DNA from: Eledone cirrhosa
Taxonomy: Eukaryota
Direction of reading: 5' to 3'
Assembly (NCBI GenBank): GCA_964016885.1
Contig: OZ024740.1
Coordinates: forward strand, 388,306,001 to 388,370,000
DNA length: 64,000 nucleotides
The notes beneath the pieces were generated by a model. That model saw nothing but the letters and a program-made list of their open reading frames with translations, was not told the origin of the DNA and searched no databases. Both the position numbers and the translations under genes were made by a program. Shown here in pieces: positions 43,186-56,949 of the stretch; positions within the stretch are counted from its first letter, which is position 1, and each line of letters begins with the position of its first letter.

Positions 43186-46100
43186 TTATTGTCATGTGCT
43201 GTGGAGTTTAGTGTATTGTGAAAAATTTAGAATGGTCCACTGCGGATTGTAAATCCGTAGAATGTAGATTCATTGTATTTTGGCGCGTTCTTCGTGTCAT
43301 TACATTTATCTTTCGATATTATATATTCTATTACAACAAATTGTATAGTTTAACAATGTTTATTTAATGTATCATTTTAGTGACGCGTTTCGGATTAGTT
43401 CTTCTGTTTTACATTACTTAGCGCTACGCCTGTACGTTAATAAATCTTACCATGAGGAAATTTGTAATTTGTATCAATCACAATTATTTATATTTTATGA
43501 GTTGAAATTATTTAAAGAGAGATATTCGTTTTTCCATTAGTCTCCAATTTGTTTTATTTGGATCGATAATTTTACCTTTCATTTTTATAGTAAATACATT
43601 TTCTGTCGATTATATGTGTCGTTTCGCTCTGTCAATTCCAATATATCTGTCATCCTACGTGTTATCTGTATTCTACACAGATATATTTTGGATACTAGTC
43701 GTGCCATTTTCATCCAGCGATATCTGGGTCCAGTGAGGTGAACTGACATGTTTACAGTTTAATCTAAAAAATAACTATAGAATGGGGCTAGTGACGTGAC
43801 GGAGCTCGGAAGCATTACTAGAGGGTAATATGATGTTTTATTTAACTGGAAATCAACGGCTTTATAAATTATAGACGTGTGTCAGAATATAGTGCAATGT
43901 TGATTTGCACGTATTTATGTGGTTTTTTGTGCGTGTTTTGTTACCTAATTAAGGCTGCGTTCGTTTACTTTAAGCTCGATATCTGGTATTTTGTCCTTCA
44001 CTCTCATTAAGGTATACGAAATGTTGTTGACTTAGATCGACAATAATATCATCACTGTATGTGACATACCATACATCTTGTTTTCAAATAACTTATTTAC
44101 TGCGTTTGATTTATCCATATGTATGGAATCTAGATATATAGCTAGTTCATTATAAACAGTATCATGTAAGTGCTAGAAACTATTGTTTCATGAAAATACA
44201 AAATGGAGAAAACTGATGACGGAAAACAACGAAATCTAGCAGGTGAAATAAAGCAGGCAAAATAAAACAATAAGTTTGAATAAAGAAGCAGCTGCTAGAA
44301 CTATAGGTACCTAACGTAGGAAATAGATTTTATTTCAGGATTATGATGAACACTGTTCTAGAAAATATGGGAAAATGTTTAGAGCAGTGGTAGGAGTGCT
44401 GGGAAAGAGAAGAGGAGGGATAATTGTTTATAGAAAAACAAAGTTACTGCTAGAAAAATTGAAGAGAAAAAAAAGAAATATTTGAAGAGAGAACAACACA
44501 TTACTAGAAGAAATAGAAGAAAGTAAAATGAATACTGAAAAATTGTAAAAATTTACAATAAGAAGAAACCTAAGAAAAAATTCTCTAGTTGACAGTCTGG
44601 TCGCAGATTTCTGGGCCAAAATAATTCCGCACAACCAAACTTAGAATTGTCGAATATCAATAACGTTTCAATGTGATCAAAGAATCCTGGAAAAATAACT
44701 TGTTCACCAATGATTCAGCCGATATCGCAAATGTATTGAAAGAAAAAAGCTTTGGTATTGTCCTGTGAATATATATATTGCACAAAAGAAAACTTCACTT
44801 CTTTCAAATTTGATTCTACTTTTTGTATCTGGCATTTGTAACTTATATTCCATAGTTTGTGCTATAGAGTATTAAACATGATTCTTTCCAGACTTTGCAT
44901 TAGGAAATGACTCATTGTTCAAATTCCTAATGAAAATTGATGTAGACGATTCGATGTAAGAATTCATTCCAAATATGCTATTTACTGCACTTCCTTTTAA
45001 CTGGGGTCGTTCTCTGTACTATGCAGAACACGAAAAATTAATATTGGTTAAAGATGCTGTGTGTCTTTAATTTGACGCACAAACTGTTCTGTAGTACAGC
45101 AACTTTTTGTCTCGAGGATTGCAAGGTTATTCACAGTCTATCTTAGAAGTTTTAACCATTCAATCGATGGCTAAACTTTTGCTCTAGTATATATTCAATA
45201 GAATGTTACTATTGCGACATTTCATAAAGCACATTCCTTCATTTTTAATTCATGTAGGTCTCCCCCAAAACATCCCAGAGAAACAGCCGAAGGGTTGTTT
45301 GTCTTAGAGTTTATGATTATGACGCTGAGCATCGTAATGGAAAAATCATACCACAAGTCGATTTTTTTCGTTTTGTTTACAAGAAGTCTCTCTATTCAAA
45401 AAGGTTTCGCCTGTTACCTCTGGCGCTAACTATTCCTAAAAGTCATTTAGTGCGTGATGCACGTAGCAATTTCACAAGCATCACCCATCATCGTAACTAA
45501 AATTTCCTAAATATTTTTCTGTGTAAAGTTGTTTCGGTTTCTCTGAGCCATAGACTGTGTTATTTAGATGGTATAAAGGTTCATCCAACATTCGTCCCAT
45601 ATCGGTATTAAAAGGATGAAGTAGTAATTAACTTACTTATCCGTTGGGTAGCCCTCAATCACTCACTGCTCATATAAGCCACATTAGCACAGTGGGCTCA
45701 ACGTTTACCATTGTGCTTCAAAATGTACTCCTTCTTCAATATCATGTTATCTTTAGTGACGTCTACATGCAGAAAACTGCAGTTCATATTTTGGGAAATA
45801 ACATTCATTAAACATATTTTGTTCATTCTACACGTGCCCCAAATACATCTCATATACCTAAGTAGGTAATGGGATAGACCTAATATTTAAACACATATTA
45901 CTGATTGTATTGTTAATTACCTAAATGATATTGTATGCAGACGATGTGTCATTGCAGCACGGCATCCACAAGCCAATACCCGAGCAGAAAACTGGGATAA
46001 ATCCCTCAAGTATGTAATCACATCTATGTACGCAATGGCTTTCTAACAACTGAAATGCAGGTCCGACGTGTTTCTCAGACATTAAAACACATTCCGGCAT

Positions 46101-46742
46101 TCAACTACAAAAATATGAAATTTAGTCAAGAGGAAGAGTACTTTGATTCTATTTGGTTAATTTGAGTCTTCAGAAATGCTATTTTTCCGTGGAAATGAGC
46201 ACCATCTACGAGAGGTGGTGTTCGGAAATCTATAGGAAATCCCAGAACTGATTCTATAAATTAATTGCAATTACCATTGGCATGTTGATCAGGTTAAATT
46301 TCTAGTGGTTTCGAAGACTTCAGCTGTGAAAAACGAAACTTTATTCTAAATCGAACGACTATTCAGAGAAGCGTGTGTCTTGCAATAATATTACCACTAA
46401 TAGAACAGTTATCCTGAATCCATCTTTGGATTCAGGATAACTGATAGAGTTAGTATTTATTCATCTATTCCAAAGTATGTATATATATATACATACATGC
46501 ACACATATATATATATGTACGCATGGGTTTACCGAACATTTATCTCAACTGATAGAGCTAGTATTTATTCATCTATTCCAAAGATGAAATCTCAAAATCA
46601 TTTTCAGTGACAACTTATGGAGAAAATGAAGGCACTTCCCTGAAAATGAATCATAAAGAAAGGATGCTAACTTTTAGTATCCATTGGAGGAATCACGCAA
46701 AATTGAATACCATCATTCCAGGTGATCTGTGTGTTTGTGTAA

Positions 46743-46829
<87 letters not shown>

Positions 46830-47090
46830 TATGAAAGTATGTGTATTTGTGTGAATGTATGTCCGTGAGTGTGTATTTTTGTAAGTCTGTCTCTGTTTGC
46901 GCGATATATACTCATACATATAAATATATATATATATATATTCACATACACACACACATACACATACGCGTTAGCGTGCTGTAAAAAATCCTAATCTCTT
47001 CATCTTTTTCTTTCACTCTCTCACTCTCTATATATATCTGTCACGTATGTTCCTTGTTGTATATATATCTGTCACACATGTTCCTTGTTG

Positions 47091-47182
<92 letters not shown>

Positions 47183-47269
47183 AGTATATTTGTGCATACG
47201 TTCATGTACGAACATCTGTGAAAGAAATATTCATATGTATACATATATATAAATATCTATATAAATATA

Positions 47270-47985
47270 AATATAAGTATGTATACGTACATACATATAT
47301 GTATACAGACGTACAGTAGTATGTATATATATACATACATGCACACATATATATATGTACGTATGGGTTTACCGAACATTTATTATAATTGTCGGTTTGT
47401 TTGTAAACAAACAGCCCGAATTAAGCCGTTGTTCAACAAAGGAACGATGAACTAGTTTCTAGCTTATTAGCTGTCATCAGCACTGTATACCTTCCTGTCA
47501 ATCGATTGAATATATACTTTCCTTATCCATATTAACGGCTGAGCAGCCTAATTTGCATATCGAGTGAGTTAGACGGCCGGGCGTACCGAAAACGATAAAT
47601 AGAAAAAATGAAGTTTCATTTCCACTCTTAGTACGGCTGATACTTAAATATAAGTATGTATACGTACAAGCATATATGAATATAGACGTACAGTAGTATG
47701 TATATACATACATACATGCACACATATATATATATGTTGAACAAAATGGCAACGATGTTTGCCGAACACTGTACGGCTTAATTCGGGCTGTTTGTTTACA
47801 AACAAACCGAACATTATAATAAATGTTCGGTAAACCCATGCGTACATATATATATATGTGTGCATGTATGTATATATATATACATACTACTGTACGTCTG
47901 TATACATATATGTATGTACGTCTGCATACTTATACTTAAGTATCAGTCGTACTAAGAGTGAGAAATGAAATTTCATTTTTTCCAT
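47270..47985. mobile_element. Family A composite: minus copy with HHR (47270-47500), second minus 3' end (47605-47735), plus copy (47735-47985)
   Basis: Homologous to 1868-2285, with mutually inverted segments. Confidence 0.8.
47447..47483 (-). ncRNA. Minimal type I hammerhead ribozyme (family A)
   Basis: Minus strand reads gtg-CTGATGA-c-agct-aata-agct-a-GAAAC-ta-GTT-cat. It differs from the 2027 copy only at tolerated core positions (N7, H17) and in the flanks. Confidence 0.75.
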
Positions 47986-48049
47986 TTATGTAAATATATA
48001 TTTATATTTACACATGCAATACGCACACATTATACATACACATACATAA

Positions 48050-48148
<99 letters not shown>

Positions 48149-49216
48149 TATAATATTAAGGATACTATTTATGGTTATGTATATACTAAAACTTTTTATA
48201 GTTATATATATTTTAAACCCTAAACAGTGAAGGTCAGTAATTTATTACTACCTTATTACCAGTAAGATAAATAGCTCAATGTAGTAACAATGTATTTAAA
48301 ATTGGAAACTGAATATAAATATATAACCGTCTATATAAGGGACTCAATTGAGACACCTTATAATGCATGTTAGAACAATAAATTTAGTTATGGAAATCAG
48401 CTAGTTACCTCCCCTTACGCATTAACTCCCCTTAATTACACACATACTTCCGGATAATAAACCGATGTAAATTCTCGCAGCAGAAACAACCTACTCTATA
48501 ACATTGGATTAAAGAACACTGAGCCGCAATAAGCTAAAATAATTGAATTTAATGCATCAAACATCCAATACGGAATCATCGTTAATTATGTGATAGATGT
48601 ATAAACTATATATTACATTCCCTGAATGTGAAAATGATGGTGGATACGAAAACCATAACTTTCTTTTGGTTCTCCTTTTTATTTTTATTTTTCTGCACAC
48701 ATACTTTTTTATTATATACAAAAAAAACCTTACCACTACAACCTCCATAATACTCTAACTTACCCGCTTAAAGTGCTTGTATTACATGTAACACCCTGCC
48801 ACACAATAATCATATATAAATGAGACACACGTGCATGCCCCATGTGTAACTAACGCATACAATAACTAATACATCTGACTAACAAACTATCCTCTTGCAT
48901 TATCTATGTTAACTGCCGAATATTTTTTATTTTGTTTTAATTTTAATTTTGATTTTGATTTTGATTTTGATTTTGAATTTGAATTGCTATACAGAAATAA
49001 TATAATATAATATATGTCACTCCACTGTACATCAATATATACATATGTATCTGTATGTCTATTGCGTTGGAAAGGAGGTCAATTATGCGTACAAACATTG
49101 AAAAATGCTCCGAAGACACCAAGCCTAGGTTTGGATGAAACAATTGTAAGTGAATAAATGCTTTGAACATAGCTTTGATACTTGTGAATTCTATCTCTCT
49201 CTCTCCCCCCCTCTCT

Positions 49217-49311
<95 letters not shown>

Positions 49312-49313
<2 letters not shown>

Positions 49314-50130
49314 CGGCGATAAATTAGTTTTGCGAGGTTTTTGATATGAAATCGTGTGTCGAAACAAATATTGTTAGGAGGGTCATATTTGTGTAATATT
49401 GCCAGAATTAATAACAGAACACACTCACTGTTTGGTTGGTTTTCGCTTTTCGCTTCTGTGTCTTTTATGTCGGTAATTTAATTTATTCGATCCGCAATGT
49501 TGCCATTGACTGACCAACGGTAAAAAACACAGATACAATATAGACACAAACACATATATATAGTTTATCAAAGTTCTTTCGTTGCACATCTGCAACATCG
49601 TCAGTGTTGCTATTGTTTCCTCCCGTTGCATTGTATTTTCTACGCCATCTTTATTTAGTCTGTTTATATATTTATTTATTTGTTTATTTATTTATTTTTT
49701 GTGTGTCTTCTTTGCGCATGCGTTTGCGTGTGTGTATAGTGTTTTGTTTGATGTGTGTTCGTGATTGGGTGTTCGTGATTGGGTGACAAACAAACAAACA
49801 AACAAACAAACAAACAAACAAACAAACAAACAAATAAATAAATAAATATATAAACAGACTAAATAAAGATGGCGTAGAAAATACAATGTAACGGGAGGAA
49901 ACAATAGCACAACTGACGATGTTGCAGATGTGCAACGAAAGAACTTTGATAAACTATATATATGTGTTTGTGTCTATATTGTATCTGTGTTTTTGACCGT
50001 GGGTCAGTCAATGGCAACATTGAGGACCGAATAAATTAAATTACCGATATAAAAGACACAGAAGCGAAAAGAGAAAACCCACCAAACAGTGAATGTGTTC
50101 TGTTATTAATTCTGGCAATATTACACAAAT
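49312..50130 (-). mobile_element. PLE family B 3' end with ~300-bp inverted 5' copy; two HHRs (49569-49606 minus, 49911-49948 plus)
   Basis: 49388-49690 is the reverse complement of ~49828-50130. The motif reads CTGACGA-t-gttgca-gatg-tgcaac-GAAA-g-aa-CTT. The 3' end abuts (TA)n. Confidence 0.85.
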
Positions 50131-50409
50131 GTTGCTTTCAATCATCAGAATGAAAAAGTCCTGGTGTATTTATTGGCGTTGAATTTTAAAAAACAAAAAT
50201 ATAAGCTATATGAAAGTGAGGCTGGACAAGGAAGAAGGAAAGGAAAAATAAAAACACACATGCAAACACACACCAACACACACACAATTATATATATACA
50301 CATATATATATATACATACACACATACATACATACACACGCACATACACACACACACACACATATATATATATGTGTATATATATACATACGCATACATA
50401 CACACATAC

Positions 50410-50494
50410 ATACATACACACATAAATATCAACATATCCATACATACACATACATACAAATACACAAACGTGCATACACACACACACGTATACA

Positions 50495-50530
<36 letters not shown>

Positions 50531-50569
50531 AACATATATATACATACATACACACACATACATATATAT

Positions 50570-50642
<73 letters not shown>

Positions 50643-51162
50643 CATATACATACATATATACATACACATACATACATACATACACACAATCATACGTATA
50701 TACACACGTACATACATACACATACATACACACATATATACACGCATATATACGCATGAACAAATATAGAAATATGTACACACACCTACATACTCACACA
50801 CACAAATAAATATAAGAAAAAAAAAAATAAGAAAAAAAAAATGAATATAAAGATTATTGTTCAGATGTTGTCTTCACCTGAAATGACATCTGATCTGTAA
50901 CTGGATTGACATTCCTACGATAACTCAACCACCTTGAACTCCTCTCCTGCTTTTTACTTCCACTACGGTTTTTTTAACTGCTGAATCCACATTCTGTACT
51001 CTCGTATTCTCTTTCTTCCTTATCTCCCCTTATATTTAAACCTTTTCCTGTCATTTATTTTTCTCCCCCCCCCCTTACTTTCTGCCTTACCCTTCACATA
51101 CCCAATTTTTTTATTTTTAGATATTTATTGTTGTGTGTGTGCGTGTGTATTGCGTATATGTA

Positions 51163-51241
<79 letters not shown>

Positions 51242-51510
51242 GTGTGTTTAAATATATAAATGTGTATGTATGTTTATATTTATCTGTATGTATATTTTTA
51301 TTTTTTTATTATTATATATTTTTTTCTTATATTTTTATATGAGTATGTAGGTGTGTGTACATATTTCTATATTTGTGCATGCGTATGTATGCGTGTATAT
51401 ATGTGTGTATGTATGTGTATGTATGTACGTGTGTATATACGTATGATTGTGTGTATGTATGTATGTATGTGTATGTATATATGTATGTATATGTATGTGT
51501 ATATATATAT
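50410..51510. repeat. Older inverted-arm, microsatellite-rich element; its right arm is split by the 51511-56403 insertion and resumes at ~56490-56688
   Basis: 50630-50825 is inverted to 51320-51510, and 50415-50580 is inverted to 56495-56688 (unique anchors include cacaaacgtgcatac/gtatgcacgtttgtg). Confidence 0.75.
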
Positions 51511-51560
51511 ATTATGAAAGTAAAACAAAGAAGCCTTCAATACATCAAAAGTCTTTAATA

Positions 51561-51598
51561 GCCAACAATGTTTCGTCCTATTAAGGACTCATCAGGGC
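51561..51598 (-). ncRNA. Hammerhead ribozyme (inverted-arm copy)
   Basis: Exact reverse complement of 56216-56253. Confidence 0.8.
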
Positions 51599-52420
51599 AA
51601 ATAAAACAACAAGAAGTATTATCGGCCAATACAAGCCAGAAACTCCGAAGAATATGGAGTGTACATACACTAAAGTATTGCAAGATTATGGGTAAAAATA
51701 TATAATAAAAATCACTAAGGAGGAGTATAACATTTAGAACCATATTACAAATATAGTCCAAAGCAAAAAAATCCTAGAGCTAAACAAAGGTGGTTATATA
51801 GAGCAGGTATTATATATAATACAATATAATATAATATAATATACCAATATTAAAATTACAATAAAAATCAAAAGGTACAATATACATATGTATATATGTA
51901 CGCACACGTACGCACATATACACATACATCAATACACATATCCATCTTCAACAGCACAAATTAAACCTTATTAAGAGTTTAAATATAAATAAGCATGATA
52001 GGAATAAAAATAATAATAATAATAATAATACATATACCCAATATACATGAGGTAATAATATTATATTATTATAAGTCGCACATATAATATATAATAAGCT
52101 ATACAATTATATACTATATAATATAATATAATAGAATAGATAGTCTCCGGTTAATTTACACAAACAATAAGGATGTCACAATAATACTATAATAATAATA
52201 TAATATAATAACATATATAATATACAATATATAATGGCATTCAAGTTAACAAATCAATTCATATAGAGTTACAGAGTAGGTGAGGAAAATAAATTGTACA
52301 ATATCCAAAATTATGATGGTACAAAAATATAAACATCGTACATGGTATATAAAGTTTAACATATCACATTGTTACATATAATCAACGGTAAGTAATAAGG
52401 ATCGATGTTCCTATAACCAA

Positions 52421-53391
52421 TCTATATATATAAAACTGTGGTTGTCTGTCTGTCTATCGATTTTTGGCACACATCTCCTCTTAGAATCTCTCACGGAATT
52501 GCACCGAAATTGCTATACTTGTACATTGAGCCCTAGCGAAGACATCGGAAAAAAAAATTTCAAATTGACCCACCTTATGTGACGAAATCGAATATAATGT
52601 ATCGATTTTTGAGCGTAAGTGATCAGTTATTTCCCTTTGTTCTGTTTACATTGAGCGTCTTACGTAAAAAATTACGCTGGCTTTCTCAGCGTTTAAAATG
52701 ACATTAACAGTTGTCGAGCCAGCAAAATATTGACCTGCAAAATTCATCAGTTCGAACACTAAGCTTCCGTTTTGCTTCATTTCCATTTAAAAGCATTTTA
52801 AAACAATATTTTTACTTGAAAACAAGTCTATTTAAAGACTACGTAAAACAAGCAAATATTTCATCGTTAGGCGTGCAGACAGACAGTCGTGCAGACAGAC
52901 AGTCGTGCAGAGAGGTGATATACGCGTGCAGACAGACAGTCGTGCAGAGAGGTGATATAGGCGTGCAGACAGACAGTCGTGCAGAGAGGTGATATAGGCG
53001 CGCAGACAGACAGTCGTGCAGAGAGGTGATATAGGCGTGCAGACAGACAGTCGTGCAGAGAGGTGATATAGGCGTGCAGACAGACATAACTGATAATTTG
53101 GTTACGCTAATGTTTTTCTCTGCGTTGCAGTGTTTACATTTTCGATCTTTGTTAATAAATAACCAGTGCAGTTTCTATCCCCAGCATCCTCTTTTGTTAT
53201 AACATTCGGGTTATCGTTATGTTTTCTTAACTTCATAAGGCATATTGTTGGTTGAGGGAATATTAATCAAAAACACCACATGCAAGTCTGCACAGTAGAC
53301 ACTACAGTTTTTAAGCCAAGAAAGAAACTTAACATTGTAACTTTAACACAGCTACTGAGCGACCCCGAGCAACGCCGGGCTTTACTGCTAG
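52421..53391 (+). mobile_element. Non-autonomous Helitron (971 bp)
   Basis: 5' end TCTATATATATAAAA, subterminal hairpin CCCGagcaacgcCGGG, and 3' CTAG. It is inserted between A and T with no TSD. The empty site (accaa|tacaat) is visible in the other arm at ~55387-55397. Confidence 0.95.
52869..53085. repeat. ~37-bp minisatellite inside the Helitron
   Basis: gcgtgcagacagacagtcgtgcagagaggtgatatag, about 5 copies. Confidence 0.9.
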
Positions 53392-53476
53392 TACAATATA
53401 AAATAATTAACATAATATAATATATAATTACTTATAATTACAAGGTTGGTAAACAGACAAATATATATGTGGATGA

Positions 53477-54502
53477 GTGAATTTTGCTGGATCTTATTCT
53501 AATAATGTTGCTTCTACTGATCCTATTATTGGCCCTAATCCTTTTAGTGAGATTCCAGACAGCAGCACATCTACTGGAGGTAGAAACAGTAATAGACTTA
53601 ATGGAATTTTGGCCGATTCTAATAATGCGGTTTTAACTAATCCTTGTATTAACCCTAGTCTTGATGGTGGGATATTAGATAATGGTAGAGTCGGTAAGAA
53701 TAAAAATAGAAGGAGACTAAATACTTATTTTAACCCGCCATATAATCAGGAAGTATTAACTAATATCCCTAGGTCTTTCTTTTCTATCTTAGAGAAAAAT
53801 GTCCCCCCTTCTCATAAATACCATAGTATTTTTAATAAAAATGTTATTAAACTTTCATTCTCTACCACCCCTAATATTAGTTCTCATTTAGCTAGCACTA
53901 ACAATAGGAAAATTAGGGATGGATTCTCCTCTCTACATACTACTAGTCTGAACAGATCTGGAAATGCCTTACCACCAGAACAGACCTTATCTAATAGCAA
54001 TCCTACGGGCAATGCATCACCACTTCAGCCAACCAATAGCACCCGGAAGTGTAACTGTAGAATGAGTGCTAACTGCCCTTTAAACGGTAACTGCCTCTCT
54101 AAGAACATTGTCTATGCTTGCGTAGTTATAACTAATTCCTCTAATAAAACTTATATAGGCTCTACATCTAACACTTTTAAGACTAGGTTTAATTCTCATA
54201 TCTCTAATTTCAAACATGTTAAGTTTAAGAATTCTACTTCTTTAGCACATTATATCTGGGATCTTAAGGGTGCTAATATACCATATAGCCTTAACTGGCG
54301 TTTAGTAGCACGTTCTAATAACCTTTCTACAAATACTAAATTTTGTAATCTCTGTATCCTCGAGACACACTCTATAATTTTCTCTAGCGAATCCTTACTT
54401 AATAGAAAGTCTGAGATATTCTCTTCTTGCCCCCACGCTATTTCTAATTCTTACTTTTATTATAAACCTAAAGGTTCTAGTAGTATAAATTGTATCCGTT
54501 AG
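53477..54502 (+). CDS. PLE ORF C-terminal part: N/S-rich linker, Cys knuckle and uninterrupted GIY-YIG endonuclease; RT missing
   Basis: Motifs YFNPPYN, IFNKNVIKLSFSTTPN, CNCRMSANCPLNGNC, NIVYACVV..TYIGST..FKTRFNSH, STSLAHYIW, CNLCILE and LNRKSE..CPH. The start codon falls at the inversion junction, so it is not a native start. Confidence 0.9.
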   Translation: MNFAGSYSNNVASTDPIIGPNPFSEIPDSSTSTGGRNSNRLNGILADSNNAVLTNPCINPSLDGGILDNGRVGKNKNRRRLNTYFNPPYNQEVLTNIPRSFFSILEKNVPPSHKYHSIFNKNVIKLSFSTTPNISSHLASTNNRKIRDGFSSLHTTSLNRSGNALPPEQTLSNSNPTGNASPLQPTNSTRKCNCRMSANCPLNGNCLSKNIVYACVVITNSSNKTYIGSTSNTFKTRFNSHISNFKHVKFKNSTSLAHYIWDLKGANIPYSLNWRLVARSNNLSTNTKFCNLCILETHSIIFSSESLLNRKSEIFSSCPHAISNSYFYYKPKGSSSINCIR

Positions 54503-56215
54503 CTGATATATTCCATTACTTATTTTTTAGTTTAGACTCTTTTTGTTTTTTGTTTACCACCATTATTATCATCATTATTATCATTGGTTTTTGACAACTC
54601 TTTATTCTAGCTCTCATAATCTTTTGGCTACTATACCATATCTATCTTCTTACGTATTAAATTTTCACTATTAACACCTTATGAGTATATATCTGATTAT
54701 ATATTTTACATTATTTTATTTTATTTCATTTTATTTTATTTTATTTTTATTTTTATTTGGATTCTTCTTTGGATAACCCCCCCCCCCCCCATGCGCATAT
54801 AAACTTATTGTCAACCCCTCCAAATTGATTATGATTATATTTAATCCTTCCCCATCTTTTACGCTCCGTTCTATTATTTAATATAGTATATGGACTATGA
54901 TTTTATGCCCCTTTGTATCCTCCATATATTTCTTTATTTCTGTCCCTATTAGCCTACCATAATTCTGCTTAAGTCAGTTTTTTAGATATCGTTATGTATA
55001 TGATAGTAAAAAATTTCATTCCTTTTTGTAATTATTTGTAATGAAATATTAATGTTTATAAACTTTGATTACTTAAACCATAGCTAATATAGGTATTTTA
55101 AGCATTTTTTAATATTAATTTATCAAATAGGGTTTTCGAGTCATTTACCGGGGCTGTTTCCTAAGTTTTTACTTAACTGCATGTGAGACCTAAATGTATA
55201 CTTTTGTTTTTGCTTTTTAATTTCCGGTTGATTCTATCTATTTATTTTATTTTATTTTATTTTATTTGTAATACTACTGTGCTTTATATTTACTGTCTGG
55301 CCCTTACTCACTCATCCACATATATGTCTGTTTACCAACCTTGTAATTATAAGTAATTATATATTATATTATGTTAATTATTTTATATTGTATTGGTTAT
55401 AGGACCATCGATCCTTATTACTTACCGTTGATTATATGTAACAATGTGACATGTTAAACTTTATATACCATGTACGATGTTTATATTTTTGTACCATCAT
55501 AATTTTGGATATTGTACAATTTATTTTCCTCACCTACTCTGTAACTCTATATGAATTGATTTGTTAACTTGAATGCCATTATATATTGTATATTATATAT
55601 GTTATTATATTATATTATTATTATAGTATTATTGTGACATCCTTATTGTTTGTGTAAATTAACCGGAGACTATCTATTCTATTATATTATATTATATAGT
55701 ATATAATTGTATAGCTTATTATATATTATATGCGCTACTTATAATAATATCATATTATTACCTCATGTATATTGGGTATATGTATTATTATTATTATTAT
55801 TATTTTTATTCCTATCATGCTTATTTATATTTAAACACTTAATAAGGTTTAATTTGTGCTGTTGAAGATGGATATGTGTATTGATGTATGTGTATATGTG
55901 CGTACGTGTGCGTACATATATACATATGTATATTGTACCTTTTGATTTTTATTGTAATTTTAATATTGGTATATTATATTATATTATATTGTATTATATA
56001 TAATACCTGCTCTATATAACCACCTTTGTTTAGCTCTAGGATTTTTTTTGCTTTGGACTATATTTGTAATATGGTTCTAAATGTTATACTCCTCCTTAGT
56101 GATTTTTATTATATATTTTTACCCATAATCTTGCAATACTTTAGTGTATGTACACTCCATATTCTTCGGAGTTTCTGGCTTGTATTGGCCGATAATACTT
56201 CTTGTTGTTTTATTT

Positions 56216-56253
56216 GCCCTGATGAGTCCTTAATAGGACGAAACATTGTTGGC
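56216..56253 (+). ncRNA. Minimal type I hammerhead ribozyme in PLE pLTR
   Basis: gcc-CTGATGA-gtcct-taat-aggac-GAAAC-att-GTT-ggc: canonical core, 5-bp stem II with G10.1-C11.1, and 3-bp stem I. Confidence 0.85.
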
Positions 56254-56400
56254 TATTAAAGACTTTTGATGTATTGAAGGCTTCTTTGTTTTACTTTCAT
56301 AATTCTTCGGCTCTGTTTAATTACATTGAGCTATACCTTTTACTGTCATTTCTATAATACGAAGAGGGTGTTTTACTCCAACACGCTCCAGTATTTTAAC

Positions 56401-56504
<104 letters not shown>

Positions 56505-56543
56505 ATATATATGTATGCGTGTGTATGTATGTATATATATGTT

Positions 56544-56603
<60 letters not shown>

Positions 56604-56949
56604 TGTATATGTGTGTGTCTGTGTGTGTATGCACGTTTGTGTATTTGTATGTATGTGTATGTATGGATATATTGATATTTATGTGTGCATTTTGCAACAC
56701 GAATTGGCGCAAATCTTATTTTAATACCGCTGGAGCCACTTTTTTAACATAAAAACAGGTAGAATTCCCAAAACTAATCAGATTAGAGCAAACATCACGG
56801 ACGCTCTATCTCAAAATTATTTTTGAAAAGCATTAGAAATGCGCAACCGGTAAAACTTAAAACCAAAACTGAATACTAACCAATACTATTACTAATTCTC
56901 ACTTATTCATAATTAAACTATTTTTCAGTGTGAACAACATGTCAGCATT

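Noticed and set aside
44213-44240. CTGATGA...GAAA motif
   Set aside because: No stem II or stem I complementarity.
50131-50150. CTGATGA-tt-GAAAG on the minus strand (similar CTGACGA-tt-GAAA at 59133 on plus)
   Set aside because: No room for stem II and no helix III/NUH; at most a deleted remnant.
50145-50801. Long ORFs (up to 218 aa) rich in YI/CV/HT; similar ones at 17.5, 28.3, 30.0, 42.1 and 56.3 kb
   Set aside because: Translations of (TA)n, (CA)n and (TACA)n microsatellites that happen to lack stop codons.
52869-53085. Regular 37-bp repeats resembling a CRISPR array
   Set aside because: No unique spacers, eukaryotic context, and located inside a Helitron.
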